From: Vicugna vicugna
Taxonomy: Eukaryota
Assembly (NCBI GenBank): GCA_013265495.1
Contig: MU058221.1
Coordinates: 2,666,001 to 2,730,000 of the forward strand
DNA length: 64,000 nt
Reading direction: 5' to 3'
This document shows, piece by piece, positions 10,713-23,819 of this stretch. The notes under the pieces were generated by a model. That model ran no database searches. It saw only the letters and a program-made list of their open reading frames with translations, and had not been told where the DNA came from. A program made the position numbers and the translations under genes. How positions within the stretch are numbered: position 1 is the stretch's first letter; each line of letters begins with the position of its first letter.

Positions 10713-13700
10713 TAAAAGAACCCATCTTCTAGATCAGGGAGATTTGTTCTTGGGATAGAGCGAGCGCATCCAGCCTCTTGGAAAGGTGTCAGCTGGAATG
10801 AAGCAGAGGCATCAGAGCCTTGCACCCGGCTCACGGTGCGGGGGGGCAGGATGAAGGTGTGGGGTGGCTTCCATCCCTGGAGGAGCCACAGTTGAAATTG
10901 AAAGCCTGTTTGAAGGCCAGGAAGGCAGACTGTCTACACTCCATGGGTATTAGTTAACGGGCTGTTGCCCAATGTTCCTACGGGCACTTTGGGCTAAATT
11001 TCCAGCGTGAGGATGTCAAATTGATTTCCCATCCCAAATCTGGATCTCCTAACATGCCCCCTGCCCAGCTTTCTCTGGCTCAGGGTCTGTGCAAGGTTGA
11101 GGAGGCCAAGGGCAGGTCATTACTGGCCTTGGCTACCTCTGGCCCAGGCTGGTGGAGCTTGACAGTGACCTCCCTCCCGCTCATGAGCCACCCCCTAAGG
11201 GAGCGGTGGTGTCAGGAGCGTGACTCTGAGGGCGGCACGTGGATTTGCCGTGTTGGTGCCAGTCTTCACCATGGAGGCAGCCCGTGGGTGGATTCTTGTA
11301 TGGTACTTTCAAAACAGGCCTTCTCTGCTGGCTATAGGAATGGCTTCAAGATTGATGAGTTTCCCAAGTGTGAGCTGTGCTCAGTTAATTCTGTTTGGGT
11401 CCACAGACACTGTTAAAAAAAACAAAACAAAAACACCCAAACCAAACAGGAAAACAAGACAGAGAAGAGAAACCATCACAGAGGTGGCAAGTTGCTTGAA
11501 TAAGAAACATCCCCAAACACAGCTCTGTTGAGGGGCACGCTGAGGTCTCACAGAACAAGAGTTGCGTGGGAGGCTGTGAGGACGGCCGGGGTAACGACAT
11601 GATGTAATTTCAATCAGAATGATTTGATCCTCTGACCTGAATGTAAATCAAAAGGTGTGTTTCTCTTTTCCGCCCCCCTGCTTTCCTGGGTGGTGATTTC
11701 CACTGAATGTCGAGCTTTTGTGTAATGAAATAATACCAATTCTGTGGGCACCGTTGCCAGCTGTCCCAAGTCCCGAAAGAATGTTCCTTGCCTGGAATAA
11801 TAATACATTACTTCAATCATTTAGGAATTAGCTGTACAATTGTCAAAGCTCTGGCTTCTATTTAACATGCGGCTGGAGGGAAGTGAAAGGGCAAAGAGGG
11901 ACAGAGGAAAACATCCCAAGCCACCACCAAATTGGCAGGGGAGGCTGGGAGGCACAGCCACGTGCTTTGCTGTTACCTGCTCTAATTGTTCTTTATTTTA
12001 AAATATTACAATTGGTTGGACTGAGCGTCGTTATCCACGTGGGGAGAAGATCAGACAGAAGGAAACGGGAGTCGGGCTGAGGAGGCTGACACAGGAAGGT
12101 AGCCTTGGCCTCAGGGTGGGGAGGAGCTTTCCTTTAGGGGAGCACGAGCTGCTCTGGGGTCCGAGGGTCTGGGTGTGACTTAGCATCTCCCAAGCCGCTT
12201 CACACCTCCCACGTGCGCGAAACGGGGGAATCACAGCGCCATCTTCAGGTGTTATTTTGCAGATGAGGGAGGTAGTATGTGCCTGGCGTGTGGTCATATT
12301 GTCATTCGTGACTGCCTTGCCACTGCAGATGTTTCAGATGTCTGGGGTTCTTGGGAGCCCTGTTCAGCTCAGAGATTGGGTCCTTAGATTCTGCGGGGGA
12401 GATGAGCAGATGAGCAGGACCCATCGAGGCTGACGGAGGACAAGCACCCCGGGCCCTGGGTCCCTGCCGGGTAGCCCTGCAGGGCAGTGTGCGGCACGCT
12501 GGGTGTCCCCCGGTCTCCATCCTCAACCCCTCAGACGGTGTGTTGAGCTGGCACGTGGTGCAAGGCCAGCCCTGGGCGTCTGACCGTCCTCAGCCTCCCC
12601 GCGGAGTCTGCCCAGAGCACGGCTGGCCGGCGGGGGGGGCGGGCCGTCAGCGCTGCCCTCTCTGACGACGGGCTAGCCCCGGGAAGGCTGGGAGCCCAGC
12701 AAAGGTCAGGAGGAGAAGAGGGGTGCTGTGGAACCCAGTCGGAGGCTGTCCGTGCCGGAAGGGGGCCAGGAGTCCACTGGGGCTCAGGTGACGGGGCAGC
12801 GGCAGGGCCTGGTGCAAAGACACGCCTCCTTCTCCAGGTCAGCGGTCGCCCTGTTTTGACTCACTGGCCATCTGGCCTGGCAAGTGAGTGGCAAAACGGT
12901 TGGAGTGATGCGGTGGCCGGGGTGTACAAGGCAGCCTTCTCACACCTGTAAACGGAATCAGGAACCTGCAGCGGTGGGTGCCGCGTGCCCACATCCAAAG
13001 GGAAGCTGAGCGCAGAGGTCTGGAGTAGGGCCGCAGGGCAGGGGCAGCCGTACAGGCACAGAGGGGAGCCGTCGCCCAGTTAGTCAGTGACGGCAGGGTT
13101 GAACAGCAACGTGGGAGGGCCGTCTGTCTACGCGGGTGGTTGGGAAGGACTTGGTGGAACCAACGTGAGGAGCGTGGGAAGCAGAGTTAGCAAGAATTAT
13201 CTTGTTGGGGAGGTTAAAACAGAGAGGTGTGAAGCCAGCATCAGGGCCTCCCAGGGACTGGGGCCCCACAGAACCACCAAGTCAGTGGAACTGCGTGTTT
13301 CAGCCCTTCAGCCCACTTCCCCTTGCGCATCTGCAGCTCCTCTTCCGTATCTTCCATATGTGGGGAGAGGTATGCTCTGACAGGTCCTTTCTTCCCCAAA
13401 GTGAAAAAACAGTACGACAGACTAATTCACACTAAAGTGGTGGTGGCTGATGCTTGCTAGCCACCTGAGCTCTGAATTTTAAATGGAGATTGGAGGAGAG
13501 GGCCGATACTTTCCAGCAAGCACAGAATCTCTGAAGAGCAGAATGTCAGGCGTGCAGAGGAGGAATTGTGTGGCTGGAGGCGTCCTCTGTGCCAAGTCTA
13601 GTTCTAAGGACCCTGATGCATTTAGTCGGCAAAACAAACCTGTTCTGACCTGCGGCGCAGGGTCACATGTGGAAGGTCACGTGGCTAGGAAGAGAACTTT

Positions 13701-14374
13701 GGACCTGAGCTTGAACAGGCTGGGTCAAGAGCATCTTATAGCTCCTTTTATTATGAAATACTGATTATGTGAGCAGTTACTTTGTTTCCCTATTTATAAC
13801 GTAATTTTCCTGAGAGCTGTGAAGATTCTGATTTGGAGAGACGGTTCCTTATTTTGAAGGAGGGATGTGGGCACCAGCTGGGTTTCCAGTCTCTCCCACT
13901 GGACCAGAAGCTGGACAACTGAGCCAGCGGGGACATCCTGCCGCTCTGTGTTGTAGACTGGTCCTGTGTGTAATTATATCTAGTTTGGTTTTTTGGAGGG
14001 AGGTGACAGAGGAGCCTCTCCTTTCAATGTGGCCACTTGAGCATCCCCTGCACTTTGGATTATCCGGCGTTGTTGCAGATTCTGTGCGCTCAGAAGCAGC
14101 CCTAACGCCATCTGGGGAGTCACCAGCCAGCCATGCTCAGACTGGTGTGGCCTCGGTCACGCAGGCAGAAGTGTGGGTGCTGGTGGGTCACGGAGGGAGC
14201 AGGCGGGGATGTTTAGAACCCAGAGCAAGGACACTTTGTATGACCTTCAGTTAGAATGTAGTGTGTGTGATTTATCAAAGCTGCTTATGTCACCATTGTA
14301 AAGTTATCTCTTGGTTTCTCAATGTCTTACAAACTATTAAATGCAGTTAAGTGTTTAAGACTCAGAGTTTAAAG

Positions 14375-14600
14375 AGTAGGTTAAATCTACTTTTGGAAAC
14401 CCAGCCATTTAATTCTAGCTGGACGGCCTCAGACAAAGTACTTAAACACTTCGCACCCGGTTTCCTGAACTCTAAGATGGGAATAAATAATAGATCTCAG
14501 GTGCCTGAAGGAACGTGGTGAGAAATGTGTGTGAAAGCTTTTTTAGTACAAGTGCGGAGCAAGTACACAATACAGTGCATTTATTATTACTGTTAGCGCT
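14375..14600 (+). mobile_element. MIR SINE
   Basis: ctagctggacggcctcagacaaagtacttaaacacttcgcacccggtttcctgaactctaagatgggaataaataatag. Confidence 0.65.
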
Positions 14601-15634
14601 GGTATCGCTAATAATGGGAAAATACCGACTCCTTACCTGGCTTTCTAAGATCCGTGATTTGCCCCAGAATTCCCTTTCCAGAGTCATCATTGCGTCTCTT
14701 CCAAAGCTCTACACGTGGTAGAACCAGAATAAACGTCTGATGGATGAATTCATATTCCTTTTCATCCTCTTTTCTCTTGAGAACAAACCTTCATATGATG
14801 ATGCTCTTAGTTTTATTTTCATTTTTTCAGTGTTTAACACTGGTTTTGCTTCCTTATCTCCCTTGGTTTGTCTCCACTTCCTTCTAGCGTCCGAGCTGGG
14901 CTGCACACAATGAGGGCAAGAAGGAATCTCTCTTCCTATTTCTGTGGAATTGCCAGGAAACTTAGGAATGGCCGCTGCAGAAATGTGCACTTTGTCTAAC
15001 TTCATTCTAAGCCTTCGAAGGGATAAATAAGGCTTCCGTTTTTTTCTTAGGAGTATTTAGGGTAATTCTATTTAGGCCAGTTGATAAGTTACCTCTGGTA
15101 GAACCACGGGACTGTTTGCAAAACTGCGATGCTTCAATTATTCATATAGTGATGTATTTTGTAGTTAATATGGCTCAGGGTCTATTCATCAGATGTGGGC
15201 TGCTGGAACCTAATTTATTGCTAGTTAAAGGAGTTAGGTAAAGTTTAAGAAGTAGATTATGTCAAATTATAGAGCTGATTTTCTGGACTCTTGAGACTAA
15301 TAAAAAAATAAATTTGTATAAAAAAAGCAAAGTAAGATTCTCCAAAATACTAGATCATCCACATAACTACAGAATATATATTTATATTGATGCTCAGCTG
15401 GGTGGACTTGTCTAGAAAGAAGGCTCAATTTTTTATTCATTTTGCCGAAGTCTTTCTCTTTAACCTTGAAGAAGCCTTTCCACTGCTATTTGTGAAAAAT
15501 CATTTCTGCAGCCAGCTGCTGTCTGAAAATCACTGACCCTTGTCCTGTTTCTGAAGGACCTGGACGTTCACCTCTTTGACCCGCCCATCGGAAGCTCCAA
15601 TCTTCCTGCTAGCGACTTGGATAATACCCAGTTC

Positions 15635-15830
15635 AGCTGTTGTCTATCTTGGGTTTATATTAGACTCTTCCGGAAACTTAAAGAAATTACAAATGCCCAG
15701 GCCTGCCCCCCACCTCTCCAGTCCCTGCCTTCTAACAATTTTGACGGAATTGGTCTGAGGAGGAGCTCTGGCGTTGGCATTGAGGAAGCTCCCCAGGTGC
15801 TTCGAAGTGCTCCCAGGCTGAGAACCACTG
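15635..15830 (+). mobile_element. MER5B-like hAT MITE
   Basis: aatgcccaggcctgcccc...aattggtctgaggaggagctctggcgttggcatt...aagctccccaggtg...ggctgagaaccactg. Confidence 0.7.
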
Positions 15831-17158
15831 AAGGAGTTGACCTGCCCTGTTGTGTGCTGATGGGAGAGGGCTGGTTGCCAAAAAACCCCCACAGGCTTCT
15901 CTGACATTTGATCAAATGAAAAGAAAGATGTGCGCGAGCTATTCAAATCGGAGGCGTTCAAGACATCATGTCCTTTTTTTTTTTTTTTTTAATTTCAATA
16001 AGAAAGGGACAGTCACTGCTTCTCCTGGTCGGGGATTTCAGAGAACATGTGCCCAAGCAGGAGGCAGGGAGGAAATGCCTGGCAAAAACATCGAGGCGTT
16101 AAGGAAGATTGTTGAAAGTGGCAGCTTCACTCCCTCGCTAGATGCTCATAACCTAGAAGGCGCTGTCTGTGCCAGGACACCTCGTGCAGACACATACTGG
16201 ATCTTACTTCTTTTTCCTCCTGCTTTTCTGTGCCTTTGACAGTCGCCTTCTTTCTTCAGTAACGGAGTCTGCTTTGGGTATTTTATGCTGGCCTCCCTTG
16301 GCCACTTCGTTCTGATTCCCGTGAGAGAGAGACCTCTCAGTTCCCACCGAAGGGTACTGAAGCCTTTGCAGGTCTGGCTGCACGTGGCGGTCGGGGCATG
16401 AGAGCCGGTTAGGCAGTAAAGGCGTGGGGCGTTCTCATAGCTGGCTGAGGGGGTGAGCTGCTTCAAAACCCGCGGGGATTTCCTCTGGCCAGAGTTTGCT
16501 CGGGAAATCTCCAAATTTCCCAAAGATGAGGCTGTCAAAGCATTGAACGCAAATGACTTCTCCCTTACAACTCAATCTGGTAAAGACGCCATGGATAAGT
16601 CAGGTATATGGCTCCACTAAGGAGGCAAGTTGGAGCTCAGTTAACTTCTTTGTATTTTGTCCATAGAAGAAAAAAAAGAAATACTCTTTATGGATGTCCC
16701 CCTGGCAAACCGCTATCAATCCACAGCCTGCCTTTCTCTGCAAATGCAGAAACCAACATAGGTTGTCCCCAATCTTGACCGACAGCCATTTAGTGGACAG
16801 ACATTTCTAAGGTCTTTGGAGAATTATAACACATACTAAGCATGCCTATATTTTGTTCATTTCTGCTACACACACTCACAGGCAGTGCTTTTTGGACCTT
16901 CACATGAAGCTTCCAGAAGAAAAGAAACTCACAAAAGAGTAAAAGATCCAGAAGGAATGCAAGGTTGGCTTTACATAAAAGCTAGAGCATGAGAAAAGCA
17001 GTTAGTAATGAGTTCTACTCATTTTAAGAGTTGTCACATCTTTTATTCTACACACTTAATTCAGCTATAAGCGTGTCTTATTCATTGCAACTTGCCTGCC
17101 TTATTTAACGTATCCAGAACATTCCTATTCTAGGTAAATGGAGGACACTGCTCTAACT

Positions 17159-17347
17159 CAGTCGTTCTCGGACTTTAGCATGCATCCGAGTCACCTGGAG
17201 GACTTACTTAAAATACAGATTGTTGGGCCTCATTCCCCCAGAATTTCCAATTCAGTAGATCTGGGGTGGGGCCCAAAAACGTGCATGTCTCACAAGTGCC
17301 CAGGCAATGCTGACACTGCCGTTCCAGGGACACGCTGTGAGAAAGAC
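17159..17347 (+). mobile_element. MER5A hAT MITE
   Basis: cagtcgttctcggactttagcatgcatccgagtcacctggaggacttacttaaaatacagattgttgggcc...ttcagtagatctggggtggggccc. Confidence 0.88.
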
Positions 17348-17399
17348 TTTTCTAACTCATTCTGTTTGGTAGCTGTGTCATCTTTAACGATAGTGTTAT

Positions 17400-17881
17400 G
17401 ACACATACAATCATTTTTACCTCTACATTCAGTGGTGCGATAAGTATTCTTACACTGCTGTCCGCAGGTGCCAGTACTTTTACTTTGACAGGATTCGGGG
17501 CTTTTTGAAAACGTTTTCTGAACTAGATCATGGGTCGCAGGGGAAAATCAGTCTCACCGCGTTGTGGTTCCGCTAGACCTTCTTCCCCAGACTTGAGTCC
17601 AAACGATGCTGACTTTTTCCAGAAGTCGGTCCCCTCCTCAGAAGGATATTTCCCACCTTTGTCCATCATCAAAGGAATGTCTCCTGAGCTCCTACCAGCT
17701 GTCCTGGAGGAAGGGCTTCAGTGGAGAGAATGGCCAGCATGGTTGGTTGAGTTTTGTGCACAGCCTTCCTGGGGATCTACTTTGCAGGAAACACCATCCA
17801 CTGTTCGATAAAAGGTTTGGTGATGATTTTTGATTGTGCTTTAAAAATCAGTCAGCTTATTTTATATTTGCCACTCACGTA
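17400..17881 (+). mobile_element. MARNA-like mariner (Tc1/mariner) non-autonomous fossil
   Basis: ORF 17530-17811 contains PSSPDLSPND.DFF, a decayed mariner YSPDLAP.D motif; 5' part atcatttttacctctacattcagtggtgcg and 3' end aaaaatcagtcagcttattttatatttgccactcacg-TA resemble the recalled MARNA consensus. Confidence 0.75.
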
Positions 17882-20800
17882 GGTGCCTTAAGGCCAGTCT
17901 TAGAAACGTGGGGAATGAACACTGCTAGCTGAGGGTCTGGTGAGTCGCAGACACTGTAAAAATAAGGTCTCATTAGGAGAGCGAGCCTGGGAGATCTTCC
18001 CAAGATCATTTCGTCTTGTTATTGAGGAAAATGAGTCTCGGGCTGGTACAGACCCTTTTCTAAGCCTGCACATGCCAGGGTGTGGCCAGGCTGAGACAGG
18101 GACTTGAACTTTCTGGCTTCAAATTTTTTTTTTCTTGAAACATTATGCGATCTCATCTGAGGGGGCTTGAGGGTTGCCAGTGGACTATCTATCCAGGCTC
18201 CAATGGCGTAGTTTGAGATGATACACACAGTGATACATTTTTTAAGCCTCTGTTTCTTGATTTACTCTGTGACGGGCAACATCGATTTCCCGTTCAGTTT
18301 TGGGGAATAATCATGACTGGATTAGTCATTTGATTTTCCAGTTGATGCCAGTTTCATCGAGGTCCAGGTGTCTCTCTCTCTCTCTCCTTTTTCCTTCCTT
18401 TCCTTCTTTCTTTTTATGAATGAAGAGCTGCTGGGTCAATTTTCAAGCTAAAAAGTCACCATTGTTGAAAGGAGTTTTCCTGGTGGAAAAGACACGTAGA
18501 CATGAGTGGCAGGCATCCAACAACTGGAGAGCATGCATTCCTTGGATTTTATCCTCCACAATGTCTCTTCTGTGATCACTTTACTTTCTTGTCATGGAGC
18601 CACAATTTTACCCTTTTATAAACTCCCCAACCTCCCCTTTTCACCCTAGTTTTCTTTTGATGTCTTGCAGCTTATTTCTCGGGGAAGCGTTTGACCCCTG
18701 CGTCATTCTACTTCTCCCTCCCCCTCAGCTGGCACAGTAATTATTCCAAATTCTGTGGCTCCCGTCCCGGATCCTCTCAGGCTTTCTCATCTTTGCTCCA
18801 CTTCTCCCTGAGTTGGTGCTGCGAGGTGATGCCTACCTGAGGGTCTGTGCCTTCATCTCAGACCCCTGTTCCGGCACCTTTACTAGCGCTGCTGACAGCA
18901 CCTGCCAGCCAGTCCGCTGTTCAGTTCATCATCTGTCTGAGGGCCCCCTCAGTGCTTGCTTTGTCTTGTGTTCCTTTTAAGTCCCTGTTGTCTTCACTTC
19001 TTGGTTCAGTAGCGGAGACATATGAGCACGGGAGGAGAGAAATCAGACAACCCACTTAATAGCCAGCAGAACCAGCTCTGAGTTGCCTTGGTGGAGGCTT
19101 GTTGGTGTAATTCCCTCCTACAAAATTGTCAGTTATAGAACTGACAATTGCAGATGGGGGTTGCATGACAAAAGACGTAAGTGACTGCAGAGTAAAGACA
19201 TTTGGCCCGTACGGCCAGGAGCAGGTACCTCGTAGGGTACCGCGGAGGGTCTGAAGACGGCCGACAGAAAGCGTCTTCCTCTCTTCAGATGCTCCTCCTA
19301 GGCTTTCAGATTAGCTCACACCTTCGGAACCCAAAGCAGCCCTTCCATAGAGGCCAAGTTCTGAGAAAAGTTCTTCCTTCCTTCCTCTTGCTCTCCCCCC
19401 GAGGCCTCCCTCCCTTTTTTTTTTCTAACTTCTTCTTTGTTTCTTTTAGATAGGGGATTTAGAAAAGATATTACACCAAAGAATTTCATTTTTATAATTT
19501 AATTTTCATTTTACGATGCAGTTTGAATGAGCTCTTCATTTGTTTAATAAGCCCAAACCTTCACTAATGTGTTCCTGAATGTTCTATTCTGTTCTAATAC
19601 GGCGTGATGGTTTTTATTTTCTTTCCCTAAAAGTGAAGCGAGAAGTTCTAGTATGAAATATTAATACTGCGTCTCACGTGGTTGTTTAGTGCTGTGTCTT
19701 AGTCATCGGCACGTAGAGCCACAGGTCATCTTCTGCCTCCATTTGTACGTGTTTTCCCCCCTTTCTTGCTCCTGCCTGCCCTCTTCCTCTCAAAATAGAA
19801 TAAGAAAGCCGCTTCTTATGTCTCCTTCCTCTGTACTGTTTATTTTAATTGCCGCATTTCTGTTGTATTATTGATTTGGAAACCTCATTGGCGTTCCAGT
19901 GTATAAAGTAATAGAAATCTGAATCCTGCTAGTGGGAGTTATTTATTCTTTACTGAGGTGATTTACAAAGCACTTTCCATCCAAATAAAATGCTTAGAGA
20001 CAAAAGGGAGATGTACTGAAATGAAATCCTGCCTGTCTTCCGGGCAACACCAAGGATACCGAGATTCTGTCGTTCTGTTTTTTTTTTTTTCATTTTTTTT
20101 CTTCCTTAATTTTATGAATAAATAACGAAGTAAGTAAATGTGCACCATGTTTGTGTTACTGGAAAGTGACGGATAATGTATAAACCAGCAAGGTCCATTT
20201 TCTTTAATGTATCAGATAATTTGAAATGTACTAAAAGAGCCTCTAAATGTGGCAGGAATCATGTTTTTGCAAAAGAAAGAAACCTTTTTCGCAGTAAGCA
20301 TTCCTTTTTAATTTTTTTGTCCATGTAGATTTTTCAGAAATTCTTACCTTGACTTGCAACGTTCAGATAGAGATGGAAAAAGTGCATTTGATTGATTCAT
20401 GAAAAATGCTCACAGTTTCCAAAGCATTTGTCTGTGAGCTCAGCCAGTAGGCTATTTCTGTTCGATGCTCTTGCTTAGGTCCCAGCAGGATTCCCATCAA
20501 AGAGCTCAATGGAAATAAGATTATAAATTCGAAGTTCTCCAGGAAGGACATAATTTAGATAAGAAGGAGAAGGTTGCCGTTGGTGTAAGGGATACACTGC
20601 GTGTCTCGCCTCCAAGTAAATCAGCAAATACCCTTTACGTAGCTGATACTCATGGCGCTGCACCACTGCAGATTGCGTCTCCAAGCCAACGTGATGGCAA
20701 GTTCTAGGTCACACAAAACATCCATTTAGCCAGAGAGCTTCACCTGTGGCCGGGCACTTCCTGAACACTCGTTACCTCATCATCAGTGTCTTCAGATACC

Positions 20801-20968
20801 CTAACACAAAGAGATGTCTAGCAGGGAGAGAGAAAAAATTTGCCCAGAGAGGTTATAAGTCCTACAGTAGGAAAGCACTAGAGCTGTGATTCAAACTTAA
20901 CCTCACTTACTTCACATTCCATGCGCTTTCCCACTCTAAAACTCTGTACCTCCGTCCACAAAGACATT

Positions 20969-21129
20969 AAAAAAAAGAAGAAGAAAGAGAGAGAGAGGAA
21001 GGGATGGAGGGAGAGAAGAAGGGAGGGAGGGAGGAAGGAAGGAAGGAAAGAAGGAAAGGAAAGGAAGGAAGGAAGGAAGGAAGGAAGGAAGGAAGGAAGG
21101 AAGGAAGGAAGGAAGAAAGAAAGAAAGAA
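20969..21129 (+). repeat. Polypurine (GGAA)n/(GAAA)n/(GA)n compound microsatellite
   Basis: About 160 nt of A/G with a single T (21005); long uninterrupted GGAA run. Confidence 0.97.
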
Positions 21130-22185
21130 TATATGCTATTATTAATGAAAACCAAGTAAAGTACATGTATTAATTACAGTTTTTTATAAGATGCCACCAC
21201 TCATAAAAGGTTTTTTGTTTGTTTGTTTGTTTTTTTAAACTGCCTTCCCTTTAATAATCTAGGGCACTCCTTCTGCAGTCCATTGTATCTGAGAAATCAG
21301 AGTTCCCTGACATCCAGAAGTTGAAACTACAATGTAACGCTAACACGCCTTTTCTTTTTTAAAAAACAAACATACTAGAATATATTCGTCAAAATAAGTA
21401 TTAGAGGCTCCATGGAAAGCTTTGCCCTTGTCTCAGTCAATACTCCACTGTTACCAGTGTCCGTGACGCTCCTTTAGGAGGAGATGCTGGAGTCTATTCT
21501 TTTGACTGTTCCCAGTATATATGATGTTATGCTTTGAAGACAGGTTTGGTTTTTGGAAAATCCAAGGATCTGGGGCAAAATCTGGTGAATAAATAAAAAT
21601 AAACCAACTGGAATGTATTGTCCACATAGCACGGCAATGCGGACCCCTGTTGAAAACAGGACAACAGCAGCAAGAAAACCATGTTAAAGGCAGTGTTAGT
21701 GACACGTCTAAAGAGGAAGAGAGCCTTGCGTGACCGAGAGGTGGGAAGACTGAGGCTTTCAAGGTGGATTTTACACTTTTCTGTGTTTAAGACTAGAGCC
21801 CGTCTCTGGGGACTCAGATTTCAACATCATATTGAGGCCGTGCGTATTGAGTGCTTAGGCTCAGGACCTTGATTGGTGACACATGACCAGTTAAAATCCG
21901 GCAGCTTTAACCGTGATGGGGGTGACGATGATGGAGATGAAGATGACGAGTTTTGCCCTTAGACGAACGCCTTCCTTTTTCTGAGTCTTTTTTTTCTTTT
22001 TTTGGTCAAACACAAGGCACAGGAATTGAATGAGCTGAGAGCTCACTTTTCCACCCTTTTAATTCAGCGAGTTAGCAACTTGTACTTTGGTGCAAGTGTC
22101 AGAAGACAAGGTATGAAGGGTTACAAATGAGACCAGGTAGATGTGCTGTTTTCCAGGTGGTGTGATGTCCAAAAGGAGCCTTTGA

Positions 22186-22312
22186 GGGGAGGGAATTAGG
22201 GTTATTTATTTATTTATTTACTTGCTTACTTATTTAATGGAGGTACTGGGGATTGAACCCAGGACCTCGTGTATACTGAGCATGCACTCTACCACCGAGC
22301 TGTACCCTCCTT
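22186..22312 (-). mobile_element. Camelid tRNA-derived SINE (Vic-1-type)
   Basis: tggaggtactggggattgaacccaggacctcgtgtatactgagcatgcactctaccaccgagctgtaccctcc. Confidence 0.9.
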
Positions 22313-23819
22313 GCCTTGAAAGAAGTGTTACTTGGGCAGTTTCGATTCTCCCCCTCAATTTATCTCAGAGCAAGACCTTTCTCCTCTCTTTTCTTTAGAT
22401 TCTGGGGTTTTGATCATTTTACTAACATCTCCAGGCTGCACTGAGATATATTCTGTCTTAGAAATGTAGAAAAAAAAATCCAAGTGGTTCAATTCTGTTT
22501 CCGAACATCCGGAACCATCAGGTAATAGATAGTTAATTGTTTAATAAGTAGATCCGTGTCTCCCAGTGTGACTGGTGGAAGCTGTGTTTCTGGCAGGCCA
22601 GTGGATACCGAATATCAGTTGCTTGAAAGGTAGACAGGCTTTTCCAGCTGGGGAGAAAAATAGTTCCGATATGAGAGAGTTCATTGCATTTGGCCCGTGA
22701 TATCTGACACTCATCCGCCGACTGATCAGTTAGAAAAATATCTGCAAAGAGCAGCCTCTGAAGAGTCGACGCCAGTAGCTTCTTGGTGAACGCAGACTGA
22801 CGAGCCCCAGACTAATAGGAGTTTGGCTTCTTGGTGTCTCTGAGATGTGGCTTTCAGCGGCGGTGCCTGCGTTTCCTTTCGAGGTTCAGTGTGTCTGCCA
22901 GTGGGGCTCGGGCCATGGACGTGGGCAGACTTGCGCATCACTGGGTGAAGCCTGAGCCCGGGGACAGGCGAGCCTGGAGCCATCATGCTTTCACTGACTT
23001 CTCTACGTATCTCAGTGTCTTATTTTTGGCTTCAAAATACCTTTTCATCATATTCTTGGCAGTGGCCATGTCAATGCACCTTTAGAAAGAGGCAGTATGA
23101 CCTTTAGACATGAGCAGCAGGGGCCTCTCCCCTGAGCTCTCTGCTTCAGAGGACTGTCCTGTGGCCCTCCTCCAGCACCGCCCTGCCCACAGGGAGGGGA
23201 GTCAGTGAGGCCAGGGGGCCATGCCCATCCAAAGCCCACACCTTCTGCCATTTTTTTTCTTCCTGCTGCTTTGAAATCCGCACAAGCTCTAACTTTTCTC
23301 CTCTAATTATGCTGCTCAAGATCCTTGCAAGCCTCTCCCTTCTGCCACTTAGACCACCCCCAGATCCCTGCCAGATAACGCAGACCCCATTCTGGGACCT
23401 GCTTGGACCTCTTTCCTAGTCTGTTCCCTTGAGGGACGATGGAGTTGCTGGTGGGAACACCTCCGGGGGACGGGGTGGCCGGGCAAGGCTGCTGGGAAGA
23501 CGTTTGAGGCGCCCTTCCCCGGACAAGACAGAATTGAGGGCAGAGAGGGCAGAGGAGGGTCAGAACACAGTTGGGGACCACGAGTCTGATGTCTGCTTCC
23601 TTCACGTTCTGATGCAGAGCTTCAAGGAATCAGAGAATTCCAAATGTGAATTCTAAACTTGAAGTCTTGCTACGGACTCCAGAATGCTAGGATTAGGCCT
23701 GGGGAAAGCAACGGTGGTGCCCCTGGCTCAGCTGCCCTCCCGTCCAGGTCTTACCCCAGTTTACAGCTCGCTGGGCTGCACTTGGCAATGAGCACAGGAG
23801 GGAGGACAGCTATCACTGT

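Noticed and set aside
20921..21166. K/E/R/G-rich and F/L/P/S-rich ORFs
   Set aside because: Translations of the purine microsatellite
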